This document shows, piece after piece, positions 10,380 to 20,838 of a stretch of 64,000 bases of DNA (positions are counted from its first letter, which is position 1; every line of letters starts with the position of its first letter). The stretch lies in contig OX337230.1 of assembly GCA_946965045.2 (NCBI GenBank), positions 1-64,000 of the forward strand, written 5' to 3'. Source of the stretch: Epithemia pelagica. Taxonomy: Eukaryota > Protista > Bacillariophyta. The notes beneath the pieces are model-generated. The model worked only from the letters and a program-made list of their open reading frames with translations. It was not told the DNA's origin and did no database searches. The position numbers were made by a program, and so were the translations under genes.

Positions 10380-10831
10380 TATTATGATTAGGGTTAATGT
10401 TATGAATAGAAGCACGGTCTTTCCCTGACTGGAATTGTGCGACCAAACCTTCTCTACAACCCCGCTGTTGAAAATGAATATACTAAAAAGTTAATTGTAC
10501 TGTGTGAATGGAATCTTAAGAAAAATTATCCTAAATTGCGTAGTCCTGTCCCCCTCCTCTTAATTTTTGTACATTCCGGGGGGACAGGAATCCGCAAATC
10601 ACGGTAGTCGAGCTAGGACTAACTAATAAGCATGGGCATAGGTATGACTAGAATAGGGCTGTTCTAGTGGGCTGTTCTGCAGTGGGACAGCAGGCTGCTC
10701 TGCAGTGGGACAGGGCACTTCTGCAGTGGGACAGAGGGCGGTTCTGCAGTGGGACAAGTGGGATGGGGGCTGTTCTGCAGTGGGACGCTAGAGTCTACGT
10801 AGGCCTACGGACAGGCACTTTCTCCTTAGGG
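10380..10831. mobile_element. Non-coding segment Y: degenerate TTAGGG-like units, a CTGCAGTGGGAC array and a CCTTAGGG end
   Basis: Following the B2 terminus: ttaggg/ta/ttatga/ttaggg/ttaatg. Five CTGCAGTGGGAC cores in ~10657-10787. The end is re-copied at 11248-11321. Confidence 0.6.
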
Positions 10832-11109
10832 TCATTCACCTCAAAAACTGAAAAGGCCCTAACACCAGAGATCATTCACCTCAAAATCTTTGAGCGACAA
10901 GAAGGAATATGGTTTACTATGGAGAGTTAATGTAGGTTTGCAAATCGAGCTTCTTGTGGTCGAAATCGACCTTTTTGTGGTCGCACTAAAATTTCGCACG
11001 CAACAATACAGTGATTCAAAATTGACCTTTTTGTGGTCGCGCATGTGATTCTACAGAATGAACTTAGTGCGCACGACAAAAAGGTCGATTTCTAGCAAAA
11101 CCCTTAGGG
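10828..11109 (-). mobile_element. Family B terminus-only fragment (~280 bp)
   Basis: Matches the B1 upstream region from agggtcattcacc (~6831) to CCCTTAGGG. Confidence 0.9.
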
Positions 11110-11250
11110 GCAGTGCTCTTTTGCAACAAAAGGCATATATATCATTGCTCATATGCACAGATACTATAGCCCCTTGTGCTCATATGCACACGTTCAAATC
11201 CTACGGTGTCTAGTACTAAAGACACCCAAAAAAGGCAAATATCCTTAGGG
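11106..11250 (-). mobile_element. Family A terminus-only fragment
   Basis: Matches 13971-14082, with ~30 bp extra; ends caaatatCCTTAGGG (11243-11250). Confidence 0.85.
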
Positions 11251-11321
11251 ACAAGTGGGATGGGGGCTGCTCTGCAGTGGGAGGCTAGAGTCTACCTAGG
11301 CCTACGGACAGGCACTTTCTC
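11248..11321. mobile_element. Segment Y terminal fragment
   Basis: gggacaagtgggatgggggc...ggacaggcactttctc matches ~10751-10824. Confidence 0.85.
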
Positions 11322-14082
11322 GGCACGACTACCATATAGGTCTTGGGAGCCAAGTGATGTAGCTTGGCTCCTCCCACCGGGACTAACCATGATAGTGACT
11401 TGCCACTTTCACATGGTAAACCAAAGTGTCCATGATATGTGCTTTCTCTCGATGCAAAAGCCAACATGGCGTGTTGTTCAGAACACGTGTATGTGGCACT
11501 AGGCCCAAAGAGTTTGTGCAATGTCCTCAATATCTCCCCATCCGTCAAGTCTCGTTTCATGGTCACTGATTCTTTCCCAACAGACTTTTCACCCAGTGCT
11601 TTGTGATATGTCTCGAACAAGTCTTCTTTTGCAGCTACATTGCTTGACCCATATTGGTCACGATGTGTTATGAGGCTGTGACCTGACTGTTCAGCCACAG
11701 TCTTGGTTGTGTACTGATTCTGGATCGACATTTCATCAAACTCCGGGAAAAGAATATTAGAGATTGATGTCCACAAGTGCCTTACTTGGGTGCAATCCGG
11801 CTGGTTTTCGAAGCCAAAGATTGTTGCCACAGCATCGGTCATCTCGTGTACCCTGTTATTTCTCACTGGTACAAGTCTCCGCAAGTCATGCTTCAGCTGT
11901 GACTGAAGGTGTTGACATACAACTCTGAAGACCAAAAATATGCGTCCAAGTGACTAGGGTAGCTTGTGTTCAACAAGCTTTCCAGGTTTGTTGTTGAGTG
12001 CAGTGTATACTTTCTCGGTGTGACTGTAATAGTAGCATTGTTGGCCATGCCAACGAATGCTACTAAACAGACACCTTTCAATTTCTGCATATCGCATGGA
12101 GCCCAACCCTGTTCCGTGGAATGCAAGTTCCAAGAATGATACCAGAATATCAACAGATGTTGCATTGAAGGCATGGTGCACTTGAATCACTTCAGATGTT
12201 ATGATAGAAGATTCTTTCTCGACCTGAAGAGACACCAATCCAGAAGATGGAGCCAAATTGACGTACAAGTGCAAATTTAGGTTGAGGAAATCAGTCCATT
12301 GGTCACCAACCAGAAGAGTTCTGAAAGATGAAATACACTTTTCTTCAATACATGGTACAACATTCGTCCAAATATCAAATTTAAAAAGGAAGTTGTCAAC
12401 CAATATATCTTTTGTGGTTCGAATGGACACTTTCCGGGAAGATGGCATAAGTGCTTCTTTTTCGCGCATGCATCGAATGGAACTTGCCAAGAAATTGATT
12501 GTTATTGATTCCTGTGCCCGTTTTACTAGAGTCAAGGCCTGTTGAGAATAATCTTTGTCCATTTTGTAGATCAAGGAACATATACTCGCCTCCGGCCAAC
12601 CGCATAAGTCATGAGCATAGTATGGTGCCTGACAGAGTCAGGTGTCTCGAGACACAGATCAACAAGTAATGACTGTAAGTCACATTCTCTCTTCATAATG
12701 GATGGCTGCTGCTTGTGGATGAAGCACAACAATTTCTTGAGCTCTGGAACAAGTCGGTTTGGAAACTTGGTGAATGTGTAGGTCGTATTTGCTCCAGCAT
12801 GTGACCCACTTTCCCTTGTACCATCAAATACCAAAAGCTTCGACCGAAAATTTGCTGGGACCATTTTCACATGAATTGGAGCGCCATGCAACAACCACTT
12901 CTCTCCAAAATCATAGAAAAACTTGAGTATGGGTTCGTTGACTTCATCTTTGCCGGTAGTGGTTGTCAGAGAAAGCAAATTTTCCATCCGTTCTTGAAAG
13001 GTTGCTCCATCTGGCTTGGAAGAGTAGTGTTCCTCCTGAGCCAATGGATGAAACAAAGGAACAAAACAATCAACCATCTCCTCAGATACCATATGGAAAG
13101 TTTGGGTGACCGCTCTCTTTGTTTTCAAGATTGGATCCTCTTGGGAATATTTCATACTGACAGCAGTCATAGATACCAGCCTCCCACAAGAAGTGACCTG
13201 TAATTGTTCCCTCTCAGGCCCAATGGCTCCACAGGAGTTAGGCGAGGAGAGATGACGCATAACATTGCTGAGTCTTGTCCAACCAACAAGACACCTGCAG
13301 GAATATCCAAGAACAGACCTCCCCGTGAAGAAGTTTTTTGCGGTATGAGGGTCTTCTTGCAAAATTTGCTCAAGGGACTGTTTTCTTGCAACAAGGAGTC
13401 GGTTGTCAGTTGCTGAGACACAGACTCCATGTTGATTTAGATGCCGCTGCATGGACCAAAGACTTTCTCCGAATGATTTCTTGCATATGCCGCATCCCAT
13501 ACCAAAGGGTGTCACAATTGTAGCATCTAAACATGACAAGCCAATGCCCTGATCGGAACGGATCTTCTTCACAGGCGGTCTCCGGGATGGAGATGGCGTT
13601 CCAGGCCCATTGTTGGTAGCCATTGCTGGTTTCCTCGTGTGCATGGAACAGAGGAAGAGACATAACCAGCCGACTCTCAAGCAAAAGCAAGGATGGGCCT
13701 CTTTGCAAGAGTCATATTTCATGAAACAACAATGACCTTTTGTTGGGCCAATTGAGGTTTTCAGGTGAAGATGTTGGGCCTATTGAGGTTTTCAGGTGAA
13801 GATGTTGGGCGCGAAGGGGCACGCAGGCGAGCTTTTCGCGCCAAAGAATGGGGGAACAACTAAGAGTGTGGTAATGGTTGGTAATGAATGAAATTAAGGA
13901 CTCATATTGAATATGAGTGCTTAGAAATTAGACTTGAGCGGGGCATAGACATTCTGTGCTCATCTGCACAAGGGGCAGTGCTCTTTTGCAACAAAAGGCA
14001 TATATATCAGTGCTCATATGCACAGATACTATAGCCCCTTGTGCTCATATGCACAACACCCAAAAAACACAAATATCCTTAG
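11322..14082 (-). mobile_element. Family A element, copy A3 (has N-terminus and promoter-side terminus; inactivated)
   Basis: ORF 12571..13722 gives the Zn-finger N-terminus (CGICKK..RHLNQH). There is a 91-bp deletion at 12590/12591 (equal to 3417-3507 of A2) and an AAG>TAG nonsense at 11954. It is truncated in helicase motif Ia and ends CCTTAG at 14077-14082. Confidence 0.87.
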
Positions 14083-15275
14083 AGGTTTCACTCGTTTGTC
14101 ATAATCATGTCGATGGCTGAAATTCCATGAGTGATCCACATCACCATCATGGAAAGAAAACTTAGCAATCCGACTCCGAATGTCTGCTGGAATCCCCATT
14201 ACGATCGAAGCCATCCTGTCCAGAAGGTAACAACCAACCTGATAGAGTCGGTTGATTGCAGTGTTATTTCCTCTCTTATGATACTTGGCTTCAAACATAA
14301 TTCCTTGTTCAATGTCTCCAAGGGCATTCTCCAACGTGTCAGGAATCATATTACTCAGTACATCGGGCCACCTTCCCAAAGTGTTGCTTGGATGCAATAA
14401 TGGTTCAATCGAACTTGCAAACTCGTTGGGTAACCTGCTGCAGGGCAGCGGCATGGTGAATATTGAATTCTCAACTTGAATTATTGGGGTCCAGTTGGTT
14501 TCTTGCTGCATGGTTTCTCTTTGGGGCCTTGGCATGAAGCATCCACACTTCAGCTTGAGGAAAGTCTTGGCAATGACTTTGGCACTAGCGCAACAACCAG
14601 CAACGTGCTTCTCGCACAAAAGCTTCACATGAAACATCTTGTCACAGTCACTACAGAAATACTTGATTCTTGTATCATTTGACTCATGAATGAAACAATC
14701 AAACGGTTGGTTGTTGGCATTCTCCACAAGAGTGTGTATTTTGTTACCAAGATGTCTCCCAGGAAAGCGAAAGGACACCCCATGAATTTTGGAGCAGGTC
14801 TTGGCGTGGCGGGCAAGACATTTCATGTTTGCTCGGAAACCACCACCACAGAGCTTACAGACCAAGCCACAGGGTGTGGCAAAGTCCACAAGCCCCAAGT
14901 TATCGTCAAACTCCATGGTGGCTGTTGTCGTTCCTATGGTCAAAATAGGTTTGGGACGTATGACCCTTTGCAGCCAAAAAAGAGGCCCTAAAGAGGGTCA
15001 TTCACCTGAAAAACTGAAAAGGCCCTAACACCAGAGATCATTCACCTCAAAATCTTTGAGCGACAAGAAGGAATATGGTTTACTATGGAGAGTTAGTGTA
15101 GGTTTGCAAATCGACCTTCTTGTGGTCGAAATCGACCTTTTTGTGGTCGCACTAAAATTTCGCACGCAACAATACAGTGATTCAAAATTGACCTTTTTGT
15201 GGTCGCGCATGTGATTCTACAGAATGAACTTAGTGCGCACGACAAAAAGGTCGATTTCTAGCAAAACCCTTAGGG
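14080..15275 (-). mobile_element. Family B element, copy B3 (5-prime third only; innermost unit)
   Basis: ORF 14029..14943 equals the B N-terminus up to DYDKRVKPL; terminus CCCTTAGGG at 15267-15275 abuts SF1 sequence. Confidence 0.88.
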
Positions 15276-16982
15276 ACGAGGAGGTTGCGTAGTTCCACTG
15301 GTAGTCGATGCTGCAGAGGGAGGTAAGGGTGGTGGCCCTTCCGGTGCAGGCGGCAAGGGTGGAAGGCTTCCATTGGGTGGTGGAGGTGGAAGTTTGTCCC
15401 CACCGTCATTTGATGTCGGTTCGTTGGCTGGCTGGTTGGCCTTTTAGCCATCCAGTTCAGCCATGAAAGAGAGATATTCAGAATCAATCTTTTGTTCACT
15501 TCCTTGTTGGTTGGCATCACCGCCCGCAGGATTGGTAGGGTCCAGATTGCGTCGCGTACAATCGCGTGTGGGATGACTAGTGTCACCACAAATGGCACAC
15601 TTGATGCCTCCCCCCCCCCCCCCCATGGCACCCTTGTTAAGGAATCGTTTGGGACATTCAAAGGATCGATGTCCTTTCTCACCACAAATTTCGCAAAAGG
15701 CATCATTTTCCTTCAATGTACCATTCAAGAGGGCCAATTCTCGAAGCTGCTGTTGTTTGTGCACATTCTTTTCATCGTCAATGACGACGAGCATTTGTTC
15801 AATCATCTCCGATGCCGCATCCACAGCACGTTGATCATCTCCCGAAATGGCCACATGCAAGGGTTCATTGTCTCCGTCCATGACTTTACCATCCCGGCGA
15901 CCACAAGCTCCCTCCTTGACCGATCCCCGACCGCGAATGGCAATTTTGCAGCCCGTCTTGGCTTCCAATTCTTTTTGCGTCTTGCCTCGTGGTCCAATGA
16001 TTAATCCAATAAAATTGTAGTTCGGATGTTCTTCTACGGGTACTCGAATCTTTTTGACTCGCCGTCGTACCAATAAGGAAGCCGCCCCCGTTGGTAACAC
16101 GGGTCAAACGTTGCCCTTGTTGGATAACCGCATGATACTTTCCAACAAGTCTTGACGCTCCGCCGTGTATCGTTCCCTCCAACGGACCGCTTGTGTATTT
16201 TTTCGTTTCCCATCAGCACCGTAAACTAGAGACGTATAGAAACAAGAAAAAGATGGTAAGGTACAAGAAACATGGAATGGACTCTTGTTCGAACCCCAAA
16301 AGGCAACACAAAAGTCGATTGTGAGCAAACGATTATACTTACTTGGAGGCGGCGAAGGCGATCGATCTCGATGTTCTCGTGGGAGCGCTTACACTTCTAG
16401 ATTTTCCAGACGATCGTTCACGGCACGAAGCTTGGCTTGCTTGGTTCGGAGATCCTGTTGTTGCTGCTGCGTCAAGTTGGTGTTGACCAAGGACATGCTA
16501 GGCAATACGACACAAGGTGGTTGTCGTGAGGATTGGACTGGTGGCAGGGGAGCGAATCGTTTGTTCACAGGAGGATCCGACTGGCCATTCGAAGGTTCGG
16601 ATGCCGCTTTGCCCCATCGCGATTTTCGTTTGCGGGGAGCCTCTCCAGCAGTGCCATTGTTATTGGTGTCGCTCTCAATTTTGACGGCAACTCCTCCGGG
16701 ACGATTTTCTTGTTGTTGCATTGCCTTGAGATATTCCTTCCGAGTTTCCTTCCATCCTGGCCAATTCAGGACTTCTTTCCACATGGAGGGATACGGACCG
16801 TACTTGTCCTGTAGCATTCGTGTCACCGGGCTGTGGTTGTGGCTGCTGTTGTACCACTCTTTCATTTTCACATGCTCATTTCGCACCGTCACCACAAACT
16901 CTGCTGCTTCCTCACTGTCTTGACCCATTGTGCGTTGTGTCACATCCTGCAAGGTGAAATTATTCAGTTCCAATTGATGCAA
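15270..16982 (-). pseudogene. SF1: Splicing factor 1 / branchpoint-binding protein with three in-frame stops; intron 16226-16342
   Basis: RKRKSRW (ULM), RSPSPPP, YGADGKRKNT, KH-QUA2 PNYNFIGLIIGPRGKTQKELEAKTGCKIAIRGRGSVKEG, two CCHC knuckles, YLSFMAEL and a Pro-rich tail, all in one frame. Stops are TAA 16389-91, TGA 16104-06 and TAA 15444-46. Confidence 0.9.
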
Positions 16983-17295
16983 GATTGGACCGCTGCTGCT
17001 CTGTGGTGCTGCTTTTGTAATAGGATCTGGTACTATGGTCGGAGGAGGATGAGATGCCTTGTTGTTCTCCTACGGCTTCACTTGAATGTTTGAGTTTCAT
17101 ACTGATACAAAACCATTCCACTTGACAATGAACCGACTCCAACAGTATGGAACGCCAACTTCAAAGGAAAACAGCCGCGAGAATTCCAACAGGAACGGCA
17201 AATGGTCCTACAACTTTCTGGACCATGGTAACAAGTCGCACGACTGTCATGAGAGTCGCTTGTGTGGTTTGAGCCAGCTGCGTTTGTCGATCATT

Positions 17296-17324
17296 CCATC
17301 CATCCATCCATCCATCCATCCATC
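17296..17324 (+). repeat. (CCAT)n microsatellite
   Basis: About seven tandem CCAT units. Confidence 0.9.
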
Positions 17325-18549
17325 ATAGGACTGAACGCTCCAGGTTTCATCGTACTCTTTGTGTTGATTCTTATCCGACAGAATACTGTAGGCAATGCAC
17401 GGTCCGCTCGACCATTGTGATTTTGATCTGGATGTACACGGGTGACCATGCTGCGATATAGGCCTTGCGAATATCCGCAGCACTCCGATCAAAGAATCGC
17501 AGCTTTTCACTGGCCACAAGTCGTCTGAGCCATTGGGCGCATCGACTGACTCAAGGCTTGTTGGCGACTGAGTACTGTGGAGGAGTCACGATTTTCCGAA
17601 ACTCTCAATAAACAAGACACCAACCGAGCGTCTTGCCTTTTCTTTTGGTGGGTCTTCTTTTGCTCTTGACGACGACTCTTGTTTTGAACCTTGTCTTCAA
17701 ACTCTGCATCGCGTTCTGGAGCACGCCCTCAAAGACTCACTGTGGTCTCGTCGTGTGCAGGCTTGTCATCCTCCTGATATCGTACGAATTGTCCGGATCA
17801 TGAAACTCGGCCTCTGTGGACCAACGAAGGCCATCACCAACACGGTCTGGATCTTCCTTCTTCTCCAAGCAGCCATCATCATCATTCTCCTCCTCCTCCT
17901 CTTTGTGCTGGTCTATCAAGCTCGCCAATCGACTTGAAATCTTATGGCACAAATCCACCGCCTGTGCAGAACGGTCCTTTCTCGAACTCGTCGAGTCGTC
18001 ATTGCTGTCGGTATCAAAGTCAGAGAACTAGTTAGGATAGATTGAGTCTTGAGTGTGAATCAACCACACGGAGGTGTACTCCTTATCGAGCGGATTCCAA
18101 AGGGCAACTACACTATGCCTTCTAATTGGAGGGTTTCCTGCTGCTACCAAGTTTTGGTCGCACATTTCGCGCTCGCGAGGGAACCGGGCCGCCTCGCGTG
18201 GGCGCGCAAGTTCGAACGACAGAAGTGGGTCGCTCGTGAGTCGGTCGACGATACGACAACATAGTATAGGTAGTTTCTGTGGTTTTCCTCTAGAATAGCC
18301 CATACTGTAGACAAGACACGTATCTTTTCAACACACGTATCCTTCAGATCTTTTTCTCGCTCAAAAGATCCACAGTCATCAGTTTGGTCGACTACTCCAT
18401 GTTCGTTGGACTTGAGTGTGTGTGTTTGTTTTATAAAATCTCGAATATCATGGTGCAGGGAATTGTCCTTCTCAAGACGGATTCATTCTCCACAGGAATT
18501 CGCCACGGGAGAATTGGTGTCCCATAAGGTTGATGCTGTGACAACCAAT

Positions 18550-19890
18550 ATGGAGGAACTATAGGAATTGATGGTTCAGAATGCCAAGACGGCCTTGCCG
18601 TCGAGGACGACCAAGAAAGTGCCAGTGCATCGGAAAATTCACAACAGGAACGTGAATCGGAAAGCGCAACTCCAATGACAATGGAAACGCCAATTCGGCA
18701 GCCGTGTCGTCCAACGGAGAACCTTTGGCACTTTTTGGATTGGAGAAACGTTTGGCCATGATTGCGCACCTCGTCGATATCTCAAGTCCATCGAAGACCC
18801 GAAACCAGCAAACTCAAAGCATCGTGGACCCCAGCGTTCGACTTTGACCGTGTCGACGAGGCTTGTTTACTCCAGAACGCATCCAATGGTGGTTGTGCCC
18901 AGTTTCTTGTAGAGGCCGTGTGGCAACTCCCCAACGAAACGAGTGACGCTGGGGCAATGGTGCGTCTGCCTCTGCCAGACGATTGTCGCGTTCCTCGTGT
19001 TCTTGTCCAGTTTGTCAGACTCTCACGCAACGTACGTGGTCATTCCAGCCTCCTCCAGAAGCAAAGAACAAGACGAAATGGGAAACGTTTGCGCGTGGGA
19101 GAGAGGAATTCCATTGCCAAAGAACAAGCGCTCGCGAACGGTATGGGACAAAGCCACTGGAACATGAATGTTCCGTCATGGAGGATATCAAACAGCAAAC
19201 GACGACAGCAACGAATGGCCAAATTATGTGGAGGTCAAAAACAAGGAGGATCCCTCTCATGCAGATCCATGGGAACGGCAGCGCGAAGCGAAAAGCGTGC
19301 CCGAATGGAGAAACACACAGAACAAGGTATGCGCAATCCGGAACGTGCAAGAGTCTTGGCAAGCGGCACCACTTGTCGCTCCATGAAATCAAATACCCAT
19401 GGATCGTGACAATGGTTCCACCGTCCACATACCTGGCGTCCCAGTAGACTTGCAGGCGACAAAAAAGAGTAGACCGATATATCATCCAGGAAGCGTGGCA
19501 AGGATTCCACGGTTTCTCCTCTCTGGGTCACTCAACGATCGACTGCATCTATGGAGCGATTTGACACAATGAGAGAGGATGAACCATAGCGCAAAAAGAT
19601 GTGTTGTCCAATCGGAAGAAACCAAAATACAAGAGTGCCACTGGAAACAAGAAGGTTTCGCAGAATGAACGAGAACCAAGTATGAAGGTGCTAAAGAGCG
19701 TAGTTGAGGGTGGTGGTGTTTTGAAAAAGAGAGGAAGATAAGAAAGGGACAATACGCCAAGGGAGATCGACTACGAATAGGATGATGGATTTGGACCATC
19801 AAGTTTCCGGAAAAAGAAGGGTCGCTCTGGTGTAGGAAAGGCAAGAAAGCTCACAAAGAAGCGCATGAAGTAGCTTCAGCCACTTAAACA
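18550..19890 (+). pseudogene. Decayed gene of unknown function
   Basis: Acidic reading frame broken by stops and frameshifts; its ~90-bp 3-prime end (frame FRKKKGRSGVGKARKLTKKRMK) is duplicated at ~20629-20714. Confidence 0.3.
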
Positions 19891-20139
19891 GCAATTATCA
19901 TTCAATTAAAAGGGGAAGACTTTGTGGTTTGGATCGTCTCCTCCAGTTCCACCGTCAGGACTCCATCAAACATCCTCCAAGTCCAACTTGTCTCAACAAC
20001 GTCTCAGAAGAAGAAGAAACCAAGATGAGTGACTACGACGACGTCTACCACGGCGATGACGACGACCAAGATCCTCCTCCATTCATGATTGGACATGAAC
20101 ATCCCTTGTTGCCACCGCTGTTGCCATCCACGACGATGG

Positions 20140-20629
20140 AGCTTTCCCTTGACGACGAACCACCTACCGAAAACAGAGACGAACTCAAATGCAACTCTTG
20201 GATTTGGCACTGGCGGCTCTTCGAGGGTTGCATCGCATCCATCACGATCGCAGGGCAGTCGTGGAAAACACTCTGGTGGCACAATCCCTGGAGCAACTTC
20301 ATGCGGAACAAGACAAGGATCAGGGCAAACCAAACAGTTTTTGGCAAACAACCGTCAAGGGCATTGTCAACTTTTTGACCGGTCGTGCACAAAAAGAAGA
20401 AGAAGAAGCAGACTCTGAATCGAAACCAGACGACAATCCCAAAAACTCCAAATCGGATACGGCGATTCACGAGTATACCAAAGTGGGACAATCCACCACT
20501 CTCAACGTGTTGCGACCCATGCTCTTTTCGTTTGCCCGTTTGCTCCAAGCTCAACAACCACATCGTCGTAATCTACTCCGACAGGAATTGGATTCACCTT
20601 GCCCAGAATATTGTCGAGAGGTTTCGGAA
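20140..20629 (+). repeat. ~490-bp duplication, copy 1 (copy 2 at 22965-23453)
   Basis: Near-identical from agctttcccttgacgacgaacc to ttgtcgagagg(t/c)ttcggaa; encodes the same LDLALAALRGLHRIHHD.. frame. Confidence 0.9.
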
Positions 20630-20838
20630 AAAGAAGGGTCGCGCTGGTGTAGGGAAGGCAAGAAAGCTCACAAAGAAGCACATGAAGTAACTCCAGCCAC
20701 TTAAACAGCAATTACCATTTATCCTCTCTGATTGTAGACTATACTCCTAGGAATCACTAGTCAGCAATGTTGTCGTGCATGTTCAAATGTTCCACTTGCT
20801 ATTGTTACCGCTACATGTTATATAGAAACATTTTAGGA

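Noticed and set aside
10657-10790. CTGCAGTGGGAC repeats with variable linkers as a CRISPR array
   Set aside because: The 12-bp core and 8-18-bp related linkers are too short, there are no cas genes, and the context is eukaryotic.
553-15275. Telomeric non-LTR or Penelope-like retrotransposon array (TART/SART/MoTeR/Athena type)
   Set aside because: No reverse transcriptase or endonuclease motifs and no poly(A). The intron is retained, and truncation affects the 3-prime side while the 5-prime terminus is fixed.
15230-15706. 158-aa ORF spanning the SF1/B3 junction
   Set aside because: An alternative-frame read of the SF1 tail running into the element terminus; the same C-terminal KGFARNRPFCRAH appears at the 7104 junction.
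18880-19010. DHHC palmitoyltransferase-like THHCPSVTRFVG on the minus strand
   Set aside because: The frame is full of stops, the Cys-rich pattern is missing, and the plus strand looks more like the ancestral coding strand.
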